Shown piece by piece: positions 11,798-23,500 of a DNA stretch of 64,000 nucleotides. Location of the stretch: NCBI GenBank assembly GCA_036867785.1, contig CP145411.1:1302001-1366000 (forward strand). Reading direction: 5' to 3'. A model generated the notes under the pieces. The model ran no database searches, was not told the origin of the DNA, and was given only the letters and a program-made list of their open reading frames with translations. Made by a program: the position numbers and the translations under genes. Source of the DNA: Plasmodiophora brassicae (taxonomy: Eukaryota). Positions within the stretch are counted from its first letter, which is position 1; the number at the start of each line of letters is the position of its first letter.

Positions 11798-13604
11798 TGT
11801 CATGAGTCATCTCCACCACAATGACTCACGCCACTCACCTTCCGGCATCTAGCCACCTTCCGGCACCAAGCCACGTTCCGAGACCAAGGCCTTCACCAGC
11901 CGCGCCCTGGTCCTCAGTCAGCATTCTCATGTCTACTCGATACACCGCGTGATCGGTAGTCATCGCACACTGTCGTGCACCAGCGTTGTCAGGTAGTTCT
12001 CCACATTTTTTTGCGATGAACCAACCGACACGAAGGTGGAGAAAAGGGCTCCTAACCATATCCTCTTCCGCGCGATCATTGAGGTCCGACAAGCACGGCC
12101 TCTCCAACAAGCAACAGCGCGATGCACGACACGCTAGATACCCGCATGCGCCCGCTGACTCCATGCAGGATATCGTCAAGCGCCGTCATCAACACGACCC
12201 CCGGTTCAGACCGTACCATCCGCGCCGGACGCAAATCCACCGGCCGGTACCCGACATCATCGGGGAGACTTTCATCCACATGGAAGTCGCTCTTCCGGCA
12301 CAACAACCGGCACCATTCCAGCCGTCGCCCCCGTTCCGCATTCACCGTACTGGGTACCTTTGCCCGCGAATCTCCCGAGGTTCCACGAGTTCTATTGCTC
12401 AACTTCCAGGCGCAACTGTCTACAAGCGCAGATCTTCCGTCAGCCACATCTGCATGCACGTCGTTCACGATCCCTAGTCAACGGCGCCTCTTACGACCCT
12501 CCTGCCCTGGGTAGAGTTTTCTACAAAGTCTTCTCCAGCGGCATTACCGGCTCCGCGCCACCCTCATCATCCGCATCAATCGGTCTCAGCCGTCTCCGGC
12601 GCTGAACATCCCAACGTATATGGCAACGACATCGCCATCGTCCTCGGTAACGACATCACCGACGGTCCTACCGGCTCCACGCCACCCTCATCATCCGCAT
12701 CAATCGGTCTCAGCCGTCTCCGGCGCTGAACATCCCAACGTATATGGCAACGATATCGCCATCGTCCATGGTAACGACATCACCGACGGTCCTACCGGCT
12801 CCACGCCACCCTCATCATCTGTATCAATCGGTCTCATCGACCTCCACTCAACGACTTCAACCGGCTCCTCGCCACCCACATCATCCGCATCAATCAGTCT
12901 CAGCCCAGGAATGTGCCACTCCGGCACTGAACGTCCCAGCGTATATGGCAACGTCATCGGCATCGCCCACGGTAACGACATCACCGACTGCCATCGAACA
13001 GACCTAGCGGCATCACCGCCACGAATGCACATCCACTCGTTTTCTTGACGTCCACGGCATTGATATCGCCGCCCAAGCGCGGACAAGCAAATTTACACTC
13101 AACAATGGCCCAGAAGTGTGCCATCTCCGACACTGAACGTGTCAACATCCAGGTCCGAAGCAGCTCCCGACACTTCTCTCACCCGCAACTCCAGAACCCT
13201 GTCACAGATTCTGCGAGTCCGAAACAAATATGAGCCGCGTCTCCAGCCAGATCGCACAGTTCTCAAGTTGCGAGCCAGCCCAATCACATCAAGCCGCACA
13301 TCACGCGCACCATCAAGATTCACTTGACCCGCAACCTCATCAAGCCGCTCATCACGCGCACCTTCCACCCCCACATCCCTTTTTGGCGGGGGATGATGTC
13401 ATGAGTCATCTCCACCACAATGACTCACGCCACTCACCTTCCGGCATCTAGCCACCTTCCGGCACCAAGCCACGTTCCGAGACCAAGGCCTTCACCAGCC
13501 GCGCCCTGGTCCTCAGTCAGCATTCTCATGTCTACTCGATACACCGCGTGATCGGTAGTCATCGCACACTGTCGTGCACCAGCGTTGTCAGGTAGTTCTC
13601 CACA
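11798..13604 (+). mobile_element. Non-autonomous LTR retrotransposon (TRIM/LARD-like), 1807 bp
   Basis: Identical 208-bp LTRs (11798-12005, 13397-13604) with TG...CA ends, 5-bp TSD AGCCG, and a purine-rich tract GGCGGGGGATGA before the 3' LTR. No recognisable gag/pol. Confidence 0.93.
12548..12990 (+). repeat. About 123-bp tandem repeat (about 3 imperfect units) inside the LTR element
   Basis: Repeated CCGGCTCC..CCACCCTCATCATCCGCATCAATCGGTCTCAGCC..GTATATGGCAACGA..GGTAACGACATCACCGAC. Confidence 0.85.
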
Positions 13605-13758
13605 AGCCGCGCGGCGGGACAGAAAAAGAACGTCGTATCTCGCCAAAAACTACTGGGGTATTGTTTTGGAGAGGGTACGGCGCGGTGCGGGAAATAATGA
13701 GACGCGACGGAGCCCCCTATGCAGGCAGTTATAACTAGGCCCCCTGAATCCTGTCAAC

Positions 13759-13828
13759 TGTAGACCGGACCGCCAACTAGGCCACGAGAGCAGCTGCTCT
13801 CGTGGCCTAGTTGGCGGTCCGGTCTACA
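13759..13828. mobile_element. 70-bp perfect palindrome with TGT...ACA ends and CAAC direct flanks (micro-MITE)
   Basis: 35-bp arms with no spacer (centre CAG|CTG). CAAC at 13755-13758 and 13829-13832. Confidence 0.75.
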
Positions 13829-14067
13829 CAACGCGGCAAGAGCGTTGGTCGAAGGCAGCGCAGGGAATGTCGCGGCAACTCAATGCTGGCGAGGAGAGTA
13901 ACGCAGTGAGGGGTTATAGTAAACGACCGGTCCCAAATTTATCTGGAGCACATGGAGGCTCTGAAGATGTAAGAATCTGTTTGGACGGGCTAGTTGGCCT
14001 GACGACTAGACAATGGTCCTGACACGTATAGTGTATTTGGTCGACGTCGACGTACTGTAGTCATTTA

Positions 14068-16956
14068 TCAGCTAGCTCGACGCTGAGGGGACGCGACGGC
14101 TGGAGGGCGCTGTCTTCGGCCTGTGTCGGCCAGGCTGCCCCGAGAGGCGGATGACGGATCCAGATGGCAAGATGTTGAAGTTCGGCCTTGGTGTCTGAAC
14201 TGGTGTCCCGCAGGACGATATTCGCTCGGAACTACACTGGCTCCTAGAGCACGCGAAGATGATGTGTCAGCAGTCACATCGGAAGGCGCAGCAGCATGCA
14301 ATTAAGGTACCTGGCAAGAATCCGGCCTTGTGCGTTGTGCGCCACACGTAATGCTTGCTCCTTGCGCGTCGCTTCGACGGCTAAGCCCTTGTAATAATCA
14401 CGCTCCTTCAGGGCCGCATTCACACGATCAATCGTGCAGTCGTCACCCAACTTCCCAAGGGCTATTTGATAATGGCCCAGTAACATCAACAAACGGCAAC
14501 ATTGCGGTGGCGAACAGATGATCTTACGTACCATTGTGCAGCATCGCGCGGATGGCCGCCTTGTTGTCATCGACTCGATCGATCTGATCTAGCAGCGTCC
14601 GCAGCCTCTCTTCGGTGGTGTCGTCATCGGCAACATGCACGTTCAGCTGATTCTCGCCAAAGGACCTCGCCGACCATGCGCTCTGGGGTCGACATTTAAT
14701 ATTCGTTTGTTGCCCCTCATGAACAGGCAGCGGTGCTCCCTGTACGGTAACATGTCAGTGGCGACGTCTACGTAATGGATCACAGTAGTCTGTGGCAGTG
14801 TCGAACATACAATGGTCAACGGGACGCGGGTCGGTCGGCGACGCTGGTGCTGGTGCAGCTGTTCAAGGTACAGCTTCGCCTGGAATATGGTTGCATCGAG
14901 GGCCGGGCAGGCCGTCGGTACGGGACACTGCCCGTGTAAGTCGGCCTCGCTGCTCTTTAGCCGGCGAATCCCCGATTTACCGTGCTGCGTCCTGTCGGCA
15001 ATCAAACTTAGTGTTTGGCAATGTGCATGCACGTCCAGTGCAGACATACCCTTTCTCAATGCACTCGATGATGGTGGTCAGGTACCTGATACCACCAATG
15101 GCTTTGCGCAACTCATCCGACAGGTTCGTTAGGCGGTCCTGCATGGCGGTGCGCTCGTGGACCCAATCGGTACGTTCCGTTTTGTGAGCGGCTATGGTTT
15201 CTGCCTTCCACCCTTCATATTGCATGTGAAGGGCGTCAAATTCCGTCTTCTTCGCCTGGAACCATTGCTTGCGCTCAGCAGCCAGGGCCCGGTCGTACGC
15301 CTCCTGGATGCCTCGTCGGTACTCGGCCAGGTGTTCGCTCTCCATCGTGATCTTCATCAGATGACGTCCCGCTTGCCGGTCCGCCAGCATGCGCGATCGC
15401 TCTCCGGCATCGACTAGCAGCCGCTGGCACTGATCGTTGGCGGCAGCGACCCGTTCCCGTAGTTCAACCTCCTTCATCATCACTGCCAGCGCAAACCCGT
15501 TAGTACGTTTGACCCTGTCCATGCACATGTAGTGGGCGGCATGGTCTTCGGCTGCCTTACATTGTTGCTCCAGGCGCTGCACTTGCTGTACGAGTGCCGT
15601 GCGCTGGGCGAAGGCGGTGCTCTCGGCAGTCATAGCCGTAGCAGTCACCCGAACAAGCTCCTTATTCGTCTCCTCGAGTCGCGTTTTCAACGTCTGCAAT
15701 CGGGCCCCGTAGTCCGCTTCGATGCCTTCCCGTAGACGAGTCTGCGACGCACAACGCCCGGTCTGTCGCATGGCTGCCGGTCCCTGTCGCTCTTTGCGCC
15801 CGCCTGATGATTCTGTGCGACCAGTTGCGCCTTCCGCGTCCGTGCTCAATGGAACACTGGCTCGCACTGAAGGGCCAGGGTTTGTGCGATCGGATCGGGA
15901 TCCGCTGCCGACGGGTACCATACTCACCTCTAAGGCGGTCCCGCTGGCGCTTGTGTCCGTCTTGCCAGGTGCGCCCGCGGGCTGGCACGCAGGTGCCGAT
16001 CCTGGTCCTGATCCCGGTACAGCAGCACCGGCGGATGGCGCCTGCATGGTTCCAGACGCTGCCCGAGGCGTGCTAAGCGAGACCCGACGGTCTGGCGGCC
16101 CGCATAATCGTCGCAATCGTTGGATCTCGTCATGCAGGGCGTTGATGTCGTCCTGGTTCATGCTTCCAGTCGGCATGCACCGACGTACGAACCAGATCGT
16201 GTCGGTGATGGGCGGTGTCACCATGGGCGCCACTGTGCCAATCAGCGTGATACGTGTCGTTGCTGTCAGCATCGACGCCAGACGCTGGCCGAATGCCGTT
16301 CTCAGGCGACGCCGTCCAATGTACCCCTGAGACAGATCGGCGACCAGGTCGGCAACCTCGGCGCTAACGTCAGGGCCATCCAGGCGGCCCATGTCGTTGG
16401 ACACCTCGACGAATGCGATCGGGCCGCAGCTCACCAGAACGGGTCGGTGCGCGTCAAACGCTTTGCCAGATTGGATGGCGCCCAGGAGCTGCCCGGGTCG
16501 TGCCACGCTGAATGGCACCATCTTGCTGGTACGATATGAATCAGCCATGTCCTGCAGGTTGCCGTTCGTGTCACAGGTCTCGATGCTGACAGGCAGTGGA
16601 GATGCGGTCGGCTGTCGTCGTCGAAACAGATCTTCAACGACCCTTGGTATCAGGCCTCTATCGTTGCCCTCGTCTCCAAGCAGCGTGTACGATTTGCCCG
16701 TCTGACTCGGACCGTATGCAATGACGACGGATGGATGCCCGTCGAGGGCCCGGTCGACAATCGTGTTCGTCTCAAGGGCGTCGCACATGTCCGCCTGACT
16801 GGCACCGCCCCCAACAACGCGCGACACCGTCAATGGCCCTCCTGCCGCCTTGACGCACAACCGATTTGTGGACAGGATCTCCACGCCGGTCGCACCCCCA
16901 CTCCTGGACAGGTGCCCCGGCCGAACGCGTACGACGACAGCGACATTGGATGCCAT
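14068..16956 (-). CDS. Highly divergent kinesin-like protein with coiled-coil tail; 3' exons approximate
   Basis: NVAVVVRVRP, SQADM, ALDGHPSVVIAYGPSQTGKSYTLLG, GLIPRVVEDLF, ITLIGTVAP, then a coiled coil. Intron donor near 15049. Confidence 0.7.
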
Positions 16957-17213
16957 GACAGCCAATGAGAATTCCTATATAGCGCATAGGCGCCGCACGA
17001 TCGATCGGATCCTGTATCAGGTACCGACCGCTAGAGGCGACGTACATATAGTCATTCGCAGCAGGGCGTGCCGCTTGACCAACCTGTAGGCGGATCGCCC
17101 AGTAACGATCCGCCAGCGCCATCGTCCGTCGTGGCCGGCAACAGCATCGCCGAATCGCTGAGTCTGGCCGTGCTTCCAGTCTCACCCGTCAATCGTTTCT
17201 CCCCTCGACCATC

Positions 17214-19463
17214 ATGGCCAGCACCGACGACGCCGTCGCAGGGCCGCCGCTCGCCGACGACACGTTCTTCTTTGAAGGTGCGCTCAGCTTCCTCATCTAA
17301 TGGTTGGCATCGCCCCGCTGACCAGGTCGCCTTCCAGAGGTGGAAATCGACGACGACCTGGATGAAGGTCCGGGTCGGTACGAGGAGGTGCCCGAGGTCC
17401 TGTCGGACGACAGCGATGACAGAGAGTTCGACCTGCGCCGGGCCATTAATTCCGTCAAGATCGACCGGGCTGGTGCTACTGCTGCTGCTGGCGCTGTTCC
17501 GCGTGGTGCTCCTTCGCCTGATGCGGCTGCTGCTGAAGGTCCACGTAGCCCCGTGGCATCAGGTCGGGACCTGTTATACGTCACCCGACCGCCATTCGCT
17601 TCCTCTGAATACGCATCGTCGTATAGAGGCAGTGGGCTCTGCACCACAGCATGCGTTAGGGAAGGGACCATCGGCGGGCGCCCCGGTCATCGACGACTTC
17701 TTCCGCAACTTCCTGCTTCAGCATCAGTTCCATTCGACGTTGGCCACGTTCCAGGCGGAATACTACGAGAAGTCGGCGTCGATCTCGGGCGCTGGGCCCG
17801 GGGTCATACCCGACGTGTACAGGGAGAACCAGGTGCTGGGCGCTCAGCTCGACCAGCTGCGAAGCGACCTGCAGAAGGCACGTGAGCAGGCGCGCTCGGC
17901 CAAAGCCGTCTGGGACCGGCTGAAGAAGGAGAGGGACTTCCATCGCCTCCACCACCGACGCGTCGTACAGGAGAAGAACAAGCTGGCCGACGACATGAAA
18001 CGACTCCGGGCGGTACAGGGCGCGCCGGCACCATCGTGGCAGCCGGTCCTGACCACACGTGCCCACGTAGCATTACTCGACGTTCAAACCAACGATCAAG
18101 TTGCTGAAGGAGAAGTACGAGAACACGATGAAGGAGAAGATGATGATGAAGATCGAGAGGGACAAGCTGTTGGCGCAGATCGATGCGCTGCAATCGCAGG
18201 TGAAGCTGCTGGAGGGAACCGACGACAGCCCGGCAGCAATAGGTGCAGGTGCTGGACGATCGGGCAACCCAGTCGAGTCGCCATCATCGGTCACACGCAG
18301 CCAACGTTCCATTCCAGGGGCAGGCGCCCATCACCAGCAGCAGCAGCAGCGGCAGCAGCATGAGCCCGCCCAGCGCCATACCGATACGCCGTACCCACCT
18401 GACCGCCTGCCGAACCCATACGCGGACGCGCACATCGAGCCCGGCTCCATTCACAAGTTCGGCCTGCAGAAGACATTCAAGGGGCATTCCATGGCGGTGA
18501 CCGACGTGGCGAGTCACCCGCGGAAACCCGTCATCGCCACCGTGTCGGACGATCGATCCTGGAAGTTATGGTCGGTGCCGAGCGGCGACCTGATCATGAG
18601 CGGCGAAGGGCACAGGTGACGGTCCCTCGCTTCTTCGGTTCAGGGAGGCTCCCCTAACAGCATCGACGACAGGGACTGGATCGGGGCATGTGACATGCAC
18701 CCGACGGGCAGCCTGCTGGCAACGGCATCGGCGGACGGCACCGTCAAGATCTGGGACTTTGTCGATGCGTCCTGCCGGGTGACGCTGTCGGACCATTCGC
18801 AGGTCGTCTGGGGGTGCGCCTTCCACTCGCAAGGTACGCGCGACAATGCCAGCCCGCCTGCCCGCCCGTCCCACAAGGGCTGAGCGAGCGCCCCTAGGTG
18901 ACTTCCTGGTGTCCTGTTCAACGGATCACACGGCCAAGGCCTGGGACCTGGCCACGCACCGCTGCCGGCACACGTTCCGGGGCCACGTCGACTCCGTCAA
19001 CGCCGTCCAGTTCCAGCCGTTCACGTCGACGTTCGCGACGGCCAGTGGCGACAAGACCGTGTCGCTCTGGGACCTGCGCTCCGGCCTGTGCACGCAGACG
19101 TTCTTCGGCCATCGCAACGCCGTCAACCACGTGACGTTCAACCTGGGCGGGACCGTCGTTGCCAGCTGCGACGCCGACGGCCTCGTGAAACTGTGGGATA
19201 CGCGCACCATCTCGCAGGTCCTGGAGATCGGCCCGGCGACGCCCGGCACCGCCACCAGCCAGACCGTGTTCGATCGCAGCGGCGCATCGATCGTGGCCGC
19301 CTCGGACGACGGCCAGGTTCGCGTGTACGACACGACCGATGCGCTGCTGCAGGGCACGCTGGCTGGCCACGAAGACGCCGTACAGTGTGTGGCGCTCGAC
19401 GCCACTGGCGCCCTGCTCATCTCGGGCGCCTCCGACTGCACGTTCCGCGTCTGGTCCTTGTAA
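17214..19463 (+). CDS. SPAG16: Flagellar central-pair WD40 protein PF20/SPAG16, multi-exon
   Basis: APVIDDFFRNFL..TLATFQAEYYE, KLKKERDFHRLHH-type coiled coil (RLKKERDFHRLHHRRVVQEKNKL), MKEKMMMKIERDKL, then about 7 WD40 repeats. Confidence 0.88.
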
Positions 19464-19561
19464 TCGTACTGCTACAGGCCCGCACGTCGACGCATATGGG
19501 GATGTGTATCGAGCGCGTCTTTGGGAGGGGACGGTCCGGATAGAGAGACGGCAGCGAGTCC

Positions 19562-20497
19562 TCACGCCTCGTGAAACATGTACCGGATGACCTCGGTCTG
19601 CGTGGACGGCGCCCGGCAGGTGCACTCGTTGACCTGGCTGTACCCGAGGTCCTGCATCATATCGCGTACGACGTGCAGGCCGGCGCGCGACGACCGCGAG
19701 TCCTCCGCCGGAAATCGGATATGGATTCGACGGGCGCAGACCGTGTCGACGGCGTTGACCTGGACGCCCCGCGCCCTGAAGGCCTGGTCGGCGAGCCGCT
19801 GTTCAACGGCGTCGATGACGGAGGATGGCCCCTCGAGCAGGTAGGGGACATGGTCGTCCTGCACCTTCTCCAGGACGGCGACCTGGCTTTTGCGGTACGC
19901 CGGGTGCATCGGGTCACTGGCCAGGGACAGCGGCGTGGCAGGATTCGGACCAGGGGCAGCGGGGAGGCGCGCCGGCCGCCACAATCGGGGAATGAAGGGC
20001 GGGCGCACAGCACAACTGTGCGCAGTTGCCGACCGTTGGGCGCGCGGCGCGGCGCGCTGGTCAACCACCCGACTCCGACCCGATCCCATTTCCGGCGGCC
20101 TGCTGTAGACAAAACCGTCCCGCCGCCGGACACCACCGCCGCCATCCGCTCCGTACGTTGGCCGATAGGTTCCAGCGCGATGGCGAGTGCAGTACACGGT
20201 CGGGGCGCGCGCGCCATCGAGTGGCGTCACGATGCCCTTGGCCGGCGTCGACCTTAAAACGCATGCGTGCTCCACATATCTATGCACGATATCATACGGA
20301 GACGTCGCTGGACAGGCAAACGACTGCGACCGTGCGTGTTGGAGCAGGTCCGAAGCGGAGGCAACTGCGCCTGAGTGAGAGGAGGGGGGCGCTACGTAAC
20401 TTCTCCCGTTCCCCGGACCCGCCCCCCCCCCGCCCCCGCCGTCCACTGGTGTTTTGCGTGTCCCGTGTGGCGCCCGGTGGCCGTGTCGCTCGCGCAT
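19562..20497 (-). CDS. Hypothetical protein (possibly spliced)
   Basis: Long ORF with a globular-looking C-terminus (QVAVLEKVQDDHVPYLLEGP...VIRYMFHEA). No recognisable family. Confidence 0.45.
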   Translation of the reverse strand: MRERHGHRAPHGTRKTPVDGGGGGGAGPGNGRSYVAPPSSHSGAVASASDLLQHARSQSFACPATSPYDIVHRYVEHACVLRSTPAKGIVTPLDGARAPTVYCTRHRAGTYRPTYGADGGGGVRRRDGFVYSRPPEMGSGRSRVVDQRAAPRAQRSATAHSCAVRPPFIPRLWRPARLPAAPGPNPATPLSLASDPMHPAYRKSQVAVLEKVQDDHVPYLLEGPSSVIDAVEQRLADQAFRARGVQVNAVDTVCARRIHIRFPAEDSRSSRAGLHVVRDMMQDLGYSQVNECTCRAPSTQTEVIRYMFHEA

Positions 20498-20568
20498 CGT
20501 CGCCCCACCCGCGCGCGCCTGTCGTCGACGCGTCAACGCCGGATCCCGCCTGCTGCCGTGGCTGCGTC

Positions 20569-23500
20569 ATGGTCTGTGCCACTGCATGCGCCGATGATCA
20601 TCTCGGCGTCGCCCTGTCGGGACCCTATCCAGACAGGGCCGCCGCTGGCTGGGCCGCCGTCGTCCACCAGGTCACGGCCGAAGCGACGTGGACCACCGCC
20701 GATCATGATGGCCTGGCCCAGGCCCTTGCTGACGTCAGTCGCATGCTGGCCGCCCGTGCCGACATGACGGACGCACAGGTTGCTGCCTTGACCGGTCACC
20801 TTGTCGGCCTGCTTCGTCGGCCCCACCTGCCGATCCCGTTGCAGACCAGCGTCATGGCGCGCCTGGTCGTCCTCCTGCGACGATACCGGTCCTGCAATAT
20901 GATTGGACATATCGATGCCGACCTGCTCTACAAATTACTGGCAGATGTGCACCTATCAGCTGGCGTGAGGCAGTTGCCGGCGGCGTCGCCGAAGTTGCTG
21001 CGGGCACATCGTGAGCATCTGCAGAAACTCGTCGCCAAGGCCAAACGGTTCTTCGCTCCTGATACGCCATCCAAACTCCAGGACATACTCTGGAAGCATT
21101 CGTCCAGTCCGCATAATACGTCGTACTACGTCGAGATCGCAGTCCTACATCTGTTCATGTCCGTTTCTGTCACGTCGCGTTTGCGTTGTCGTTATCTAAT
21201 TTGCGCGTGGTACAGGCCCGTTGTAGAGTCGCACCTCGGCTGGATCCCTGAGCTCATGACGCGCTTGTCGCGGACGGATCCGAACTCGGCCACCACGTCG
21301 TTTGCTCTTTCGTTGCTGTCCCGTGTGGCTAAAGCACTACCGGCGACGGATTTGTCGGCGTATATCCAGCTCTTGTTCCAGTTGTATCTTCACCAGCTTC
21401 CGTTAACGATTGCTGGTGTTGCGAACCCGAACAAATCGCAGGCCTCGCAGAATGTTTATCCGAGCGAGCTTCACTGGCTTCTTCCTTCGCATGGAAGTTC
21501 GCGCTATCTTGCCAAACTCGCCGTGTATTGCATTGGGCAAGGACAGACGATCTCGAATCTTCGTCAGCTGTTCCATACGACGGCTACGTTCTTTCATCCA
21601 TCCAATGGCGGGCCGTGGACCGACACCCTTGCGGATCTGCTGTTCTTCACTGCTCAGTACTTTGTCAGACGGTACTGGACCCTGCAACGGTCGGCATCGC
21701 CTGTGCCCGAAGAGACGGTATCCAGCTTTCTCGACATTGTTCTTCCCGTTGCAATGAGCGCCATCTACTCTCGATCGCCGAAAATGTGTTATTGTGCACA
21801 GGCATGCATTCGTACCGATACTGGAAAGAATACGTCTAACTGTGACCGCGTTTCGTAGGCTGCACTTCGACATCTGTCATACGTCGCACCTCAGCGTATA
21901 TTCCCTCCGATTCTTGACGAAATGTCGTCCAATTTGACCAATCCTTCACACGCCGCTCGAACGTTGAGCAGCCTGAGCCTGATGGCTTCAGTTTCTCACC
22001 CATTGTTCCATCGTACCATTAACCCAAGCGGGGCAACAGTTCTGCTGGATCTTCTATGGGGAGTTCTCGAACACATCGACGCCGTCAACTTTCTCAAATC
22101 GGCGGCGACCATGTCTTTCATAGGGACAATCTTTTACAATGTTGCACTGCTATCTGGTGCATCCTGCATGACCGACGACGACGAAGACGCGCGCCATGCG
22201 TCGCTTGCCTTTCCGGAATGGGCCCTTGCATTTCTGGAGAAGATATGCGAAGCCCTTCGCCACGCCGATACCCTTGAGAAAGGGCAAAAACAGGACCAAG
22301 GCGTCGCCCGTATGGTGTTCCGCATGATGCGTCCGTTCTTCTGCAACCTTTCTGCCGACACGCATCGTTCCTGCTGCGAGTTCTTGCTAGCGTTCCTGAC
22401 GAGCCACTCTCAGATCCCCGCAAGAAAGTACTTTGGCGTCATCCTGCGCGTCGCGAGCCTCGGGCATTCCAAGCAGCTCCTCGACATTGTAGCGACCCCG
22501 ATTATCCATCGTTTGGCTGGTGACGGGAGCAATGCTGCGGAAAGCCTTTCCATATTTTCGGACGGCGAAGCAGAATGGCAACTGTATTTGCTGTCCAATG
22601 CGGTTCGCTTCGCAGGCGGGGATGCTCTGCTTGCTCAAATTAAACCTATCGGAGCTCTTGTTGACGCAGCTACGTTGCACGAGAGCAAGACAATGCGGAA
22701 GGTACTGCCGGCGTTGATCGTTAAAATGTTCCTTGATCTCACGCCGTTCTATAGGTCGGACGCAAACTCTTGCGCAATACGCTGCGCGCGCTGACTGAAA
22801 CGTACCCTACTGAATTCCGCCCCTTCGGCCCGAAACGATGGCGTGATCCAGCTTGGGCTCATTGGCAGTCATGGGGAACGTTTGTCAATGACGTTGAGGA
22901 TGACCTGAGTGTTGAATGGCACTGTCCCTCGAAAGCAGAAGTTGAAGCGGCATCGTGTCTCGCGTCCGTTGTGCTGGAGCGATCACGGCCTTTGTTATCA
23001 GCCTCGTCACACCCGAATCTGGAGGACACGTTAGGACAGTTGATGAATGTGCGCGCTGTTCTCGAAGGCACGTCAGCCGTCGCCGGTGACTTTGAAGGGA
23101 CGGCGAGCTCTGCGTTCCACTTTGGAGATATCATTCGCATCAGTGGTGTTTCGCTCCGAACCTGGCTCACTCGGTCTATCATTTTCGTCTCTCGTACTCT
23201 CACCACCGGGGATAACAGTGAAGCGTTCAAACCGGAGATTTGGACGGTATTTCTTTCGGTTTGTGATGGTCTTTTCAACGGTTTGTCTGTTCGTATTATT
23301 ATATATGGAGTCTCCATATAACTGAACATGATGGTTGATATTGTAGTAGTTGAAGCGAGCTCTGAATCGGTCGAATCGTTGACGACTACGAACAAGAGCG
23401 CCATTTCGTCGCAGCGGGAGTACGCATCAGGTCACAAGTGCAGTTCCCGCGCCCTCTTGGTCGAGCAAGCTTTGTGCCGGTATTTGCAACTGGCAAGACT

